From an uncultured bacterium (GTDB lineage: Bacteria > Oederibacteriota > JAAXVQ01 > JAUVAV01): a stretch of DNA of 64,000 nucleotides. Within the stretch, counting starts at the first letter, position 1. Every line of letters starts with the position of its first letter. A program made the position numbers and the translations under genes. Positions 8,970 through 18,684 of this stretch are shown one piece after another. The DNA lies in the NCBI GenBank assembly GCA_963710755.1, contig CAVQBK010000005.1:32001-96000 (forward strand), given 5' to 3'. The notes beneath the pieces are model-generated. The model saw only the letters and a program-made list of their open reading frames with translations. It was not told the DNA's origin and ran no database searches.

Positions 8970-9045
8970 TGGTCGGGGTGGAAGGATTCGAACCTTCGGC
9001 CCCCTGCTCCCAAAGCAGGTGCGCTAGCCACTGCGCTACACCCCG
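8970..9045 (-). tRNA. tRNA-Pro(TGG)
   Basis: Reverse complement CGGGGTG TA GCGC AGTGGCTA GCGC A CCTGC-TTTGGGA-GCAGG GGGCC GAAGG-TTCGAAT-CCTTC CACCCCG ACCA; 76 nt. Confidence 0.97.
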
Positions 9046-9259
9046 TACACGCAAAGAGTATCATATTTATATCTTTTCATCACTTTTTTCAAGTCATTTT
9101 TTGGATTTTACAATCCCTCTACCAATCATTGGCCCTTTATTTTTATTCACCTCTGTTACCTGAACAACGCAGCGCATCCATGGACTTGTAAAATATTTGT
9201 TCATCACAATAAATGTTTCTTAACCTTTTACCGTGGCTATGACCAGATAGGCACCAACA

Positions 9260-9766
9260 ATGCTACAAAGAGGCTCTATTGTGAAACCTGCTGTCTTGGT
9301 ACTGGGACTAGGAAATCCCCTGCTTAGCGATGACACCATTGGCCTGCATATTGTGGAAACAGCCTCCGAACAACTGGGCCCTGCTTTTCCCAATGTCGCT
9401 TTTAAGGTCAACTATTCGGGTAGTTTTGATTTGTTGGAAGACTTGGCCGGGTTTACCCACCTGTTGGTCATTGACAGTATTGATGCACCCAGCCAGCCAC
9501 TGGGATCTGTTTTTGAGTATACCCTGGAGGATTTCCAGGAGCACACCCAGCAGGCTGTGCTCAACTGGCACAGTGTCAATATTCCTACCCTCATTGAGGT
9601 AGGGCGCAAATGTGCCTATGCTCTGCCGGAGACCATTATATTTTTTGGCATCGTGGGCCATCAGTTTATCGCCTTTTCCGAAGAACCGGCATCGGAGCTC
9701 AAGCTTATCATCAAGCAAACCGTAACTGATGTTAAGACCCAGTTAAATAGATGGTTAAATAAATGA
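9260..9766 (+). CDS. [NiFe] hydrogenase maturation protease
   Basis: VLGLGNPLLSDDTIG, LVIDSID and a conserved His; first gene of the hydrogenase cluster; may start at GTG 9281. Confidence 0.9.
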   Translation: MLQRGSIVKPAVLVLGLGNPLLSDDTIGLHIVETASEQLGPAFPNVAFKVNYSGSFDLLEDLAGFTHLLVIDSIDAPSQPLGSVFEYTLEDFQEHTQQAVLNWHSVNIPTLIEVGRKCAYALPETIIFFGIVGHQFIAFSEEPASELKLIIKQTVTDVKTQLNRWLNK

Positions 9767-9805
9767 TGGTTTATTATTTTATTCAACTTCCTAAGTGGTG
9801 GACTG

Positions 9806-11749
9806 ATGCCTAAATTAAAAACCGGTTTGGTCTTGTGTGCCTGTGGCAGCAATATATCCAATTTCATCGACCTTGACGCTATCAGCCAATGGGCCAAGGC
9901 CCAGCATAAAGTTGATTTTGTGGCAACCCACGAATTGCTTTGTTCTCCTGAAGGCAAGGCGTTTATCCGTACCGTTTTCCAAAAACAAAAACCTGACCGT
10001 CTTATTATCGCCGCCTGCTCCCCGCGGCAGCACGAAGCTACCTTTCAACGACTGGCTCAGGAGAGTGGGGCCAATTTGGCTGATGTACAGATGGCCAATA
10101 TCCGTGAATTTTGTGCCTGGGTCACCCCCGACAAAGAAGAGGCCACCAAAAAAGCCATGGCCTTGATCAATGCAGCCATTACCCGCAGCCATGAGCATCA
10201 ACAACTGACCAAACGCAGCATGCCTGTTAATACGGATGTGGTGGTGATTGGCGGCGGCTTGGCAGGCATGGAAGCGGCGCTGCTAGCTTCCCAGGCAGGC
10301 CGGCATGTCACCATTATCGAAAAAAACATCAGCCTCGGCGGCAGGATTATGCAAAGCGAAGACCTGGTGCCCACTCTGGAATGTGCACCCTGTTTGATTT
10401 CACCACGCTTATTTGCCGTTAAAGACGATCCCAACATCACCGTCTTGGCCAATGCGGAAGTTAAAGAAATAATGGGTTTTTATGGCAATTTCACGGTCCA
10501 AGGGGTGCGCCAAGCCCGCTTTGTCAACGAGTCTTGTATCGGCTGCGAAGCTTGTTTTGAGGCTTGCCCGGTCTCCGTGAAAAGCGATTTCCATCTTGGT
10601 CTGGGCAACCGCAAGGCTGTGTACACTCTTTTTCCCGGGGCTGTGCCGGCCACGGCTGCCATTGACCCGGAACATTGTCTTCATTTTCAAAATGGTGATT
10701 GTCAGGCTTGCGCTGAAGTCTGTCCCTTCTCTTCCATTGACTTCGAAGAAAAAGAACACCCCTTCAGCTTGACTGCAGGGGCGATCATTTTGGCCACAGG
10801 ATTTGACAGCACCATAACCAAAGGCCTGGACCGTTTGGGCTATCACCTCAGCGAGCAGGTGGTCACCTTGCCTGAGTTTGAACGGCTAATTAATTCCAGC
10901 GGGCCCACCCAAGGACAACTTACCCTGGCCAATGGCCAGGCTCCCAAATCCATTGCAATTATTCACTGCGCTGGATCACTCAGCCAGGAGGGCCTTCCTT
11001 ATTGTTCCGGTATTTGCTGCCAGTTGTCTCTGAAAGTGGATGAGTTGGCGCGAAAACAATTGCCCCACCTGCAAGTGGTTCATCTCCATGACAGGCTGGT
11101 CCTGGATAATGTACCTAGCCAGCAGTTTTATGAAACCCAGGTCAACCACGGGTCGCGTTTCATTAAAACCGCGCATTTGGATCAACTCCAAGTAAAATCC
11201 AAGGGCCGGGCCTTGAAGATTAGTGGTAAGGATTTTTCTTCGCTCACCGTGGATATGGTGGTTTTGGTTACAGGTATGATGCCCGGCAAAGATACGGCCG
11301 CGCTCGCCGACCTGGCCCATGTGGACCAAAACCAAGAAGGTTTTTTCAAGGCCGAGCAGTACTTCCTCAGGCAAAACAACACTACTGCTGATGGCATCTA
11401 TGCGGTTGGCGGTTGCAGTGGTCCCTGCATGCTCACCCAGGCGGTGACCCAGGCCAAGGCTGCCGCCGGCGATATTGTCAGCCGGCTCGTGCCGGGCCGT
11501 CAGATCGAGCTGGAAACCATGACCGCTCATATCAACGCCGAGGTTTGCAGTGGCTGCAAGCTTTGTATTGCCTCCTGCCCTTACCGTGCCATCAAGTTCC
11601 ATGATAAGGAGCATGTTTCAGAAGTGAATGAAGCCATTTGCCGCGGCTGCGGCACTTGCGCGGCCAATTGTCCCAGCGGAGCGGCGCAAGCGCGTCATTT
11701 TACCCATGAGCAATTGGAAGCTGAATTGAACGGGGTGCTGCATGAGTGA
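9806..11749 (+). CDS. hdrA: Heterodisulfide reductase subunit A-like flavoprotein
   Basis: CACGSNI, LCS, AACSPR.HE, NIREFC, FAD GGGLAG, ferredoxin motifs CIGCEACFEACP / CQACAEVCP, EFERL, YCSGICCQLSLK, two C-terminal CxxCxxCxxxCP motifs. Confidence 0.93.
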   Translation: MPKLKTGLVLCACGSNISNFIDLDAISQWAKAQHKVDFVATHELLCSPEGKAFIRTVFQKQKPDRLIIAACSPRQHEATFQRLAQESGANLADVQMANIREFCAWVTPDKEEATKKAMALINAAITRSHEHQQLTKRSMPVNTDVVVIGGGLAGMEAALLASQAGRHVTIIEKNISLGGRIMQSEDLVPTLECAPCLISPRLFAVKDDPNITVLANAEVKEIMGFYGNFTVQGVRQARFVNESCIGCEACFEACPVSVKSDFHLGLGNRKAVYTLFPGAVPATAAIDPEHCLHFQNGDCQACAEVCPFSSIDFEEKEHPFSLTAGAIILATGFDSTITKGLDRLGYHLSEQVVTLPEFERLINSSGPTQGQLTLANGQAPKSIAIIHCAGSLSQEGLPYCSGICCQLSLKVDELARKQLPHLQVVHLHDRLVLDNVPSQQFYETQVNHGSRFIKTAHLDQLQVKSKGRALKISGKDFSSLTVDMVVLVTGMMPGKDTAALADLAHVDQNQEGFFKAEQYFLRQNNTTADGIYAVGGCSGPCMLTQAVTQAKAAAGDIVSRLVPGRQIELETMTAHINAEVCSGCKLCIASCPYRAIKFHDKEHVSEVNEAICRGCGTCAANCPSGAAQARHFTHEQLEAELNGVLHE

Positions 11750-12173
11750 GTTTCAGCCAAAAATCATTGCCTTTTTATGCAATTGGTGCGCCTACGGCGG
11801 GGCCGATCAGGCCGGTGGTTCCAAACTAACCTATTCTGCCAACGTAACCCCCATTCGGGTCATGTGCAGCGGCCGGGTGGACCCGCAATTGGTCATGCAG
11901 GCTTATCAGAAAGGAGCAGACGCTGTTATGGTGCTCGGCTGCCATCCCGGCGACTGCCATTACCGCGATGGCAACCTAAAAGCCCGCAGGCGCTTTACCC
12001 TCTTTCAAAAAATGCTGCGCCAATTCGGCATCCACGAGGACCGGTTTTTGCTCGATTGGGTGGCTGCCTCGGAAGGTAAGAAGTTCCAGCGCTTGGCTAA
12101 TGAAATCACGGAACGTATTAAAGTGCTTGGCCCCCTGGAATTAAAAGGCTGGGTGGACGAGGGGGCAGCCTAA
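11742..12173 (+). CDS. mvhD: Methyl-viologen-reducing hydrogenase delta subunit ([2Fe-2S])
   Basis: FLCNWCAYGGAD, RVMCSGRVDP, GCHPGDCHY..GN. Confidence 0.96.
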   Translation: MSEFQPKIIAFLCNWCAYGGADQAGGSKLTYSANVTPIRVMCSGRVDPQLVMQAYQKGADAVMVLGCHPGDCHYRDGNLKARRRFTLFQKMLRQFGIHEDRFLLDWVAASEGKKFQRLANEITERIKVLGPLELKGWVDEGAA

Positions 12174-13246
12174 TGAAAAAAACAACTAAAAAAACCTCTT
12201 CTAAAAAAAGTGTGCATCCCAAAACGGCGGCCCGGCCTAAACCCAAAGCCGTTAAAAAAACCATGAAAAAACCGGTTGCCAAACCCAAAGTCGCTTTTTA
12301 TTGGTGCTCTTCCTGCGGTGGCTGTGAAGAAACCATTGTGGATTTCAATGAAAAGCTGCTGGACGTGGTGGGACTGGTGGATATTGTGTTTTGGCCTTGT
12401 GCTCTGGATTTCAAAACCAGTGATGTGGAAGCCATGGCAGACCAAAGCCTGGCGGCAGCGTTTATCAATGGCGCCATCCGCACCTCCGAACAGGAGACCA
12501 TGGTTCAATTGCTTAGAAAAAAAGCCAAGCTCGTGGTGGCCTTTGGCAGTTGCGCTTCTCAGGGTGGCCTACCGGCCCTGGCCAACCTCACCAATAAAGA
12601 GGCCATTTTAAACCGGGCGTATGTGGAGACGGAAACCACGGTTAATCCGGAAGGTGTGCTGCCCCAGGAAAAATGGACGGACAACGACGTCACCCTGACC
12701 TTGCCCCGCTTTTACGACAGTGTCTCCAAGTTGGATGATGTTATTAGGGTAGATTATTATCTTCCCGGCTGCCCGCCTACAGTCCGTTTAGTGGAAGGCG
12801 CCCTACAAGCCCTTTTAAGCGGCCAATTGCCGCCGGCCGGCACGGTGCTGGCCCCCAACCGCGCCTTGTGTTTCAGTTGTACCCGCAATAGCAGCAAACC
12901 TGACCATCTCACGATCAGTGAATTGAAGCGGGTTCATCAGGTCGAGCTTGATCCTGAGCGCTGTTTTTTAGCCCAAGGCGTATTGTGCATGGGACCGGCC
13001 ACCCGTGATGGATGCGGCCAAATGTGCATCAACGGTCACATGCCCTGCACCGGTTGTTTTGGCCCGCTGGACAACATTGATCAAGGTGCCAAATTTTTAG
13101 CGGCCATTGGCGGCTTATATCAAGGTCAGGGCCAACCAGAAGCCCAGCGCCTGGCGAACAGCATCCCTGATCCAGCCGGGACCTTTTACCGCTACGGACT
13201 GGCCGGTGCCCTGCTGGGAAAAAGAAAACCAATTCCAAAAGAGTAG
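12173..13246 (+). CDS. mvhG: Group 3c [NiFe] hydrogenase small subunit with a Lys-rich N-terminal extension
   Basis: WCSSCGGC, GSCA..GG, PGCPP, CFSC, CFLAQG..CMGPATR.GC...C....PCTGCFGP. Confidence 0.93.
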   Translation: MKKTTKKTSSKKSVHPKTAARPKPKAVKKTMKKPVAKPKVAFYWCSSCGGCEETIVDFNEKLLDVVGLVDIVFWPCALDFKTSDVEAMADQSLAAAFINGAIRTSEQETMVQLLRKKAKLVVAFGSCASQGGLPALANLTNKEAILNRAYVETETTVNPEGVLPQEKWTDNDVTLTLPRFYDSVSKLDDVIRVDYYLPGCPPTVRLVEGALQALLSGQLPPAGTVLAPNRALCFSCTRNSSKPDHLTISELKRVHQVELDPERCFLAQGVLCMGPATRDGCGQMCINGHMPCTGCFGPLDNIDQGAKFLAAIGGLYQGQGQPEAQRLANSIPDPAGTFYRYGLAGALLGKRKPIPKE

Positions 13247-13288
13247 TCCCTTACTTCAAGGGGTCACACTGATCTCAGGAGTCAGATC

Positions 13289-14788
13289 ATGCCAAAAAAA
13301 ATTACCATTGATCCTGTCACCCGTTTGGAAGGCCACGGCAAAATAGAAATTTTTCTCAATGATGACGGCAATGTGGACAAAGCTTACTTTCAAATTCCTG
13401 AATTGCGCGGTTTTGAAAAATTCGTTGAAGGCCGTCCGGCGGAGGATATGCCACAGATCACCTCGCGTATTTGCGGGGTCTGCCCCAGTGCCCATCATAT
13501 GGCCTCCACCAAAGCACTGGACAGCCTCTACGGCGTGGAGCCGCCCCTGACGGCCCGGTTAATCCGCCAGGTTTTTTATGATCTGTTTATGTATGAAGAT
13601 CATTTACTGCATTTTTTCTTCCTTGGCGGACCGGATTTCATTGTTGGTCCCGATGCGCCCAAGGCCCAGCGTAACATCCTGGGTGTGATTGACAAGGTTG
13701 GCGTTGAGACGGGAAAAAAGGTCATTGCCACCCGCAGTCAAGCGCGGGCGTTGATGGAAGCACTGGGCGGCAAAGTCATTCATCCGGTATTGGGCTTGCC
13801 CGGAGGGGTGGCCAAGCCCATGAGCAAAGACGTACAGCAAGAGCTGAAACGCTTTGCCCGGGAAGCTGTGGGCTTTGCCCAGTTTGCCCTGCAAGCCTTT
13901 CATACCTTGGTAGTCGAAAATAAGAATTATGTAGAGATGATTCTTTCCGAGGGGTTCACCCAAAAAACCTATTATATGGGTCTGGTGGATGAGCGCAATC
14001 AGATTAACTTCTACGACGGCCATCTGCGTATCATGACCCCCGGCGGTCAGGAATGGAAAAAATTCCATCCTAAATATTATCAACAAGTGCTGAGTGAACA
14101 TGTCGAACCTTGGTCTTATATCAAATTCCCTTATCTTAAAGACCTGGGATGGCATGGGTTCTTTGCTGATGACACCAACGGATTGTACCGGGTGGCTCCC
14201 CTAGCCCGTCTTAATGCCACGGAAGGCATGCCCACACCTCTGGCCCAGGCGGAGTATGAGCGCTTTTACGACACCCTGGGTGGCAAACCAATCCATCACA
14301 CCCTGGCTATCCATTGGGCCCGCCTGATCGAAACGCTCTATGCCGCAGAACATTTGGTGATTCTCGCTGATCAGGCCGAGCTGCTTGGGGATCACATCCG
14401 CAATATGGACCTGCAACCGCCCCGTGAAGGTATCGGCGTGGTAGAAGCCCCCAGAGGCACCCTGATTCACCATTACACCACCGATGACCAAGGACTCATG
14501 AAAACAGCCAACTTAATCGTGGCCTCCCAGCATAATAGTGCCGCCATGTGCCTGGCAATCGAACAGTCGGCCCGGGCCCTGATTCATGATGGCGTGGTGA
14601 ATGACGGCTTGCTCAACAAAATCGAGATGGCTTTTCGTGCCTTTGATCCCTGTTTTGGCTGCGCCACCCACTGCCTGCCCGGCAAACTCCCTTTGGCCGT
14701 GAGCATTAAAAACCACAGCGGGCAAAACCTCATGCGCCTGCTGCGTGATCATCAAGGGGTGGAAAGAACATTGACAGATAAAAGCTAG
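13289..14788 (+). CDS. mvhA: Group 3c [NiFe] hydrogenase large subunit
   Basis: [12 protein letters not shown]1 [18 protein letters not shown]2 DPCFGCATH followed by a cleavable C-terminal extension. Confidence 0.96.
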   Translation: MPKKITIDPVTRLEGHGKIEIFLNDDGNVDKAYFQIPELRGFEKFVEGRPAEDMPQITSRICGVCPSAHHMASTKALDSLYGVEPPLTARLIRQVFYDLFMYEDHLLHFFFLGGPDFIVGPDAPKAQRNILGVIDKVGVETGKKVIATRSQARALMEALGGKVIHPVLGLPGGVAKPMSKDVQQELKRFAREAVGFAQFALQAFHTLVVENKNYVEMILSEGFTQKTYYMGLVDERNQINFYDGHLRIMTPGGQEWKKFHPKYYQQVLSEHVEPWSYIKFPYLKDLGWHGFFADDTNGLYRVAPLARLNATEGMPTPLAQAEYERFYDTLGGKPIHHTLAIHWARLIETLYAAEHLVILADQAELLGDHIRNMDLQPPREGIGVVEAPRGTLIHHYTTDDQGLMKTANLIVASQHNSAAMCLAIEQSARALIHDGVVNDGLLNKIEMAFRAFDPCFGCATHCLPGKLPLAVSIKNHSGQNLMRLLRDHQGVERTLTDKS

Positions 14789-14829
14789 CGCCTTAAAATG
14801 CCTGCATGTTATTGAAGAGGATTTAAGCG

Positions 14830-15048
14830 ATGGCTGTTATGTTGGATTGCAAAGCGTTATATTATCCCCGGCCTATTCTTAAAACCGCGCTGAAATTAAG
14901 AACCCTTCCCCAAGGCACCATGTTGGAAGTACATGCCGATGGCATAAGTTTTCCCGCCCAACGCCGGGAATGGTGCAAGGCCACGGGCCGGCCACTGATC
15001 AACCTTACCGAAGCTGATCGTCATGTCGTGGCCACACTGCGCAGTTGA
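14830..15048 (+). CDS. TusA/SirA-family protein lacking the CPxP cysteine
   Basis: 72 aa; LDCKALYYPRPILK...LPQGTMLEVHAD...EWC matches the TusA fold pattern, with YPRP in place of CPxP; GAGGA SD. Confidence 0.75.
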   Translation: MAVMLDCKALYYPRPILKTALKLRTLPQGTMLEVHADGISFPAQRREWCKATGRPLINLTEADRHVVATLRS

Positions 15049-15060
15049 AATCAGGTTGCC

Positions 15061-15429
15061 ATGCATGAATTTTCTATTTGTGAAAATCTTGTTCAAACCA
15101 TCCTGCAACAATTGCAACAACAGGATCCGCTGCCAACCAAAGTCCTCACCGTCAAGGTGGTTATCGGAAGGCTTCGCCAAGTAGTGCCGGATTATTTGGA
15201 GTTTGCCTACCAGACCCTTAGCCAAGACACGCTGCTGCAGGGCTCCATACTGGAGATCGAACAGTTGCCCATTCGCTTAAAATGCCGTCATTGCGGCGCC
15301 GAAAACGGAACCGACAGTCCTGTGTTTCAATGTCCACGCTGCGGATCCAGGGATTTGGAAACTGTGGCAGGCATGGAATTATATTTAGAATCTATCGAGG
15401 TGGAATCCAATTATGAGTCAAACCATTAA
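15061..15429 (+). CDS. hypA: Hydrogenase nickel metallochaperone HypA
   Basis: MHE N-terminus, CRHC and CPRC. Confidence 0.96.
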   Translation: MHEFSICENLVQTILQQLQQQDPLPTKVLTVKVVIGRLRQVVPDYLEFAYQTLSQDTLLQGSILEIEQLPIRLKCRHCGAENGTDSPVFQCPRCGSRDLETVAGMELYLESIEVESNYESNH

Positions 15430-16069
15430 AATTTACAAAGATCTTATGGGGGCCAACGACGAATGGGCCGCCAAAACCCGCGCTGTATTGAAAGACAAAG
15501 CGCTGCCCATGGTCAATATCATCGGTTCGCCAGGTGCCGGCAAAACAGCCGTGCTCGAGAAAACCGCCCAACTTCTGAGCGGCCAATTCAAATTCGCTGT
15601 ACTGGAAGGCGATGTGGAAACCACCAAGGACGCCGAGCGGATGGCTGCCTTGTCCATTCCAGTCAGTCAATTATTGACCGGCGGCGCCTGCCATCTGGAA
15701 GCCAAACTGGTCCACCATGCCTTGGTGGAGCTGCCGCTCGATAACCTTAACATGGTGGTGGTGGAAAACGTGGGCAACCTGGTTTGCCCCGCCGAATTTG
15801 ACATCGGAGAATTGATGAAAATCGCCGTGCTCTCCGTGACGGAAGGCGAAGAAAAAGCCCTCAAGTATCCCTTGCTTTTCCGCGAAGCCAAGGCTATTGT
15901 GATCACCAAAATCGACCTATTACCTCATCTGCCGTTTAATCTTGACCGCTGTCTGGAAGCTATTCGTCAAATCAATCCCCACAGCCCAGTTTTTCAAGTA
16001 TCCAGTTACAAGGGCACAGGCATGCAGGAATGGGCTTCATGGTTTTCCAAGCTGAGCCTCTCGGCCTGA
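15413..16069 (+). CDS. hypB: Hydrogenase nickel-incorporation GTPase HypB
   Basis: GSPGAGKT, GGACHLEA, ENVGNLVCPAEFDIGE, TKID. Confidence 0.97.
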   Translation: MSQTIKIYKDLMGANDEWAAKTRAVLKDKALPMVNIIGSPGAGKTAVLEKTAQLLSGQFKFAVLEGDVETTKDAERMAALSIPVSQLLTGGACHLEAKLVHHALVELPLDNLNMVVVENVGNLVCPAEFDIGELMKIAVLSVTEGEEKALKYPLLFREAKAIVITKIDLLPHLPFNLDRCLEAIRQINPHSPVFQVSSYKGTGMQEWASWFSKLSLSA

Positions 16070-16072
16070 AAA

Positions 16073-18337
16073 ATGCCGGAACGTCTGCGTTTTAAAATTG
16101 CTGGCCGCGTGCAGGGCGTGGGCTTCCGCCCTGCCATTTACCGGTTGGCCACCAGCCTTGGTTTAACAGGATGGGTACGCAACACTGTCCAGGGCGTGGT
16201 GGTGGAAGTGGAAGGTGAAAATGCCGAATTGGACGAATTTAAAACCCGCCTTCCCCTCAGCTATCCTCCCATGGCCAAGGTTTCGGCCTTGGCGGTTGAA
16301 GCACTACCTGCAGAACATAGTCAGACCTTTACCGTAGATCCAAGCACCCGTTCCGGAGAGGTCTCAACCGGCATGCCTCCTGATATTGCCACCTGTCCCG
16401 ATTGTATCAAGGAATTACGCGATCCCCAAAACAAGCGTTTTGCTTATCCCTTCATTAATTGCACCAACTGTGGTCCTCGTTTTACCATTATTTCTGCTCT
16501 ACCCTACGATCGGCCCCTAACCTCCATGCACGACTTTGCGCTCTGCCCGGACTGCGCTCGTGACTACGCCGATCCCCTGGACCGCCGTTTTGAAGCCCAG
16601 CCCATTGCCTGCCCTGATTGTGGGCCGGTGTTGCAGCTTCTTGACGGCCATGGTGCGGTGATATCGCCTGCCGACCCCCTGGGCGGTTTGATCGCAGCCC
16701 TCAACCAAGGCCGCATTGCAGCCATTAAAGGCCTGGGCGGATTTCATTTATGCTGTGAGGCAGGCAATGAGCAAGCTATTACCCGCTTGCGAACGCGAAA
16801 GCACCGGCCGCACAAGGCTCTGGCCGTCATGTTTCGCTCCCTGGAGGAATTATTGACTTATTGCGAGGCCGGCCCTCTGGAACAAGAACTTCTAACCTCA
16901 CCGGCAGCGCCTATCGTGCTCTTGCAGCGTGCACCTGGATGTCCTTTGCCTCAATCCATTGCCCCTGATACCAATACTATTGGCGCTTTTTTGCCTTACA
17001 CACCTTTGCATCACCTGTTACTGTCTCAAATAAGCCCTTTGATCATGACCAGTGCCAATATCAGTGACGAGCCCATGGCCATGACAGAACCTGACCTGCA
17101 CGGCCTGTTAGGACCGATCGCAGACCTGGCCCTCATCCATAACCGTCCCATTCTCAGACGGGCCGACGATTCGGTCATGGCGGTGAGAGGAAATGCACCG
17201 GTCATGCTCCGCCGCTCCCGGGGCATAGTCCCTGAGCCCTTGCTACTGCCCTTTTCCGGGCCCAGTGTTTTGGCCTGCGGCAGTGATATGAAAAACACCT
17301 TTGCCCTGACCAAGGCCAACCAGGTAGTGCTCTCCCAATATATCGGCGATCTCGCCGACCGCCATACCAAATTGTTCTATCAGCAGCAAATCGGGGATTT
17401 AAAACACCTGCTTCAGGTTACCCCGGCCTTGGTGGTGCATGATCTTCATCCTGGTTATGTTTCCAGTACTTTGGCTTCCACTTTGGCCGAAGCACCGCTG
17501 CTGGCGGTCCAGCATCATCACGCTCATCTGGCCGCCTGTATGGCGGAACACCAATTGACGCAACCGGTCATCGGCCTCATTCTCGATGGCACTGGTTATG
17601 GCAGCGACAGTCATCTCTGGGGCGGAGAAGTTTTGGTCGGTGATTATACCGGCTTCACACGACCGCTGCATTTCGAAGAAGTGCCCCTGCCTGGTCTGGA
17701 GCAAGCCATTCTCCACCCCAGCCGTATGGCCTATGCTTACCTTTTTTCGGTCTTTGGTCCTGAGGACGCGCTCAGCTATGGGCAGCACTGGTTGCCGGCT
17801 TTATCCAGTGAAGAGATGGACCTTCTCAATCAAATGCTGACCCATGGGGTGCGTAGTCCCTTGACCTCAAGTGCCGGCCGCCTCTTTGATGCTGTGGCGG
17901 CCTTACTGGGGTTTGACAATCCGGTCACCTATGAAGGCCAGGCCGCCGTTCGCCTGGAAGCTCTGGCCAAGTCCACGGTCTTGCAGGAACATTATACTTT
18001 CGAGCTCCATCATGACCGCATCAGTTTTAAAAGCATGCTGGCCGGCCTGGTATCGGATTTGCAACATCACCTGGCCAAAGAACGAATAGCCGCTAAATTT
18101 CACAGCACCGTGGTGCAGGCCTTGCTGGCTGCTGCCTTAAGGGTACGTGAGGAAACCGGGCTGGAAGATGTGATTCTCTCCGGTGGCGTCTTCCAAAACA
18201 AAGTGGTATTGGAGGCCGGCCTGAATACCCTGGGCCGAGCGGGATTTAAGGTTTATACGCACCATCAGGTACCCACCCATGATGGCGGCCTGGCCCTGGG
18301 ACAGGCCGCCATTGGTATGGCCAAATTACAACCATAG
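16073..18337 (+). CDS. hypF: Carbamoyltransferase HypF
   Basis: GRVQGVGFRP acylphosphatase domain, CxxC zinc fingers, KGLGGFHL, HDLHP, QHHHAH, DGGLALGQ. Confidence 0.97.
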   Translation: MPERLRFKIAGRVQGVGFRPAIYRLATSLGLTGWVRNTVQGVVVEVEGENAELDEFKTRLPLSYPPMAKVSALAVEALPAEHSQTFTVDPSTRSGEVSTGMPPDIATCPDCIKELRDPQNKRFAYPFINCTNCGPRFTIISALPYDRPLTSMHDFALCPDCARDYADPLDRRFEAQPIACPDCGPVLQLLDGHGAVISPADPLGGLIAALNQGRIAAIKGLGGFHLCCEAGNEQAITRLRTRKHRPHKALAVMFRSLEELLTYCEAGPLEQELLTSPAAPIVLLQRAPGCPLPQSIAPDTNTIGAFLPYTPLHHLLLSQISPLIMTSANISDEPMAMTEPDLHGLLGPIADLALIHNRPILRRADDSVMAVRGNAPVMLRRSRGIVPEPLLLPFSGPSVLACGSDMKNTFALTKANQVVLSQYIGDLADRHTKLFYQQQIGDLKHLLQVTPALVVHDLHPGYVSSTLASTLAEAPLLAVQHHHAHLAACMAEHQLTQPVIGLILDGTGYGSDSHLWGGEVLVGDYTGFTRPLHFEEVPLPGLEQAILHPSRMAYAYLFSVFGPEDALSYGQHWLPALSSEEMDLLNQMLTHGVRSPLTSSAGRLFDAVAALLGFDNPVTYEGQAAVRLEALAKSTVLQEHYTFELHHDRISFKSMLAGLVSDLQHHLAKERIAAKFHSTVVQALLAAALRVREETGLEDVILSGGVFQNKVVLEAGLNTLGRAGFKVYTHHQVPTHDGGLALGQAAIGMAKLQP

Positions 18338-18456
18338 GTCAGCAACCTGGGTCACAGACATGGTGGTGACCTAGAAGCCATTTAAGCCATTATCCAAAAC
18401 CATGATTTATGATATACTTAGCCCCAATAGTCAATCTCTTAGTGGAGTGTAAACCT

Positions 18457-18684
18457 ATGTGTTTAGCCGTACCTGTTAAAGTTATCGACGTCCACGACCA
18501 AACTGCGCTCATTGACATTGACGGCGTGCAGCGGGAAGTTAATGTGGCCTTGATTGACAAGGTTGCGCCCGGTGATTTTGTAATCATCCATGCCGGGTTT
18601 GCCATTCAAAAGTGGGACCAGGAAGATATTGAAGACTATGCCTCTATTATGGAGGCTATGAATGAGAGCGATCCGGCCCTATGA
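18457..18684 (+). CDS. hypC: Hydrogenase maturation chaperone HypC
   Basis: MCLAVP start at 18457 (GGAG SD), VIIHAGFAI; the ORF-track start at 18409 is too far upstream. Confidence 0.95.
   Translation: MCLAVPVKVIDVHDQTALIDIDGVQREVNVALIDKVAPGDFVIIHAGFAIQKWDQEDIEDYASIMEAMNESDPAL

Noticed and set aside
8573-9163. ORFs 8573-8851, 8697-8960 and 8891-9163
   Set aside because: They are translations of the repeat array and tRNA-Pro, with repetitive peptides and no SD.
9187-9204. Rex operator upstream of the hydrogenase cluster (TTGTAAAATATTTGTTCA)
   Set aside because: Only the left half-site resembles TTGTGAA; the right half is a poor match.
9806-14788. Selenocysteine recoding in HdrA, MvhD or MvhA
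   Set aside because: All metal-ligand positions are ordinary Cys codons and there is no in-frame TGA.
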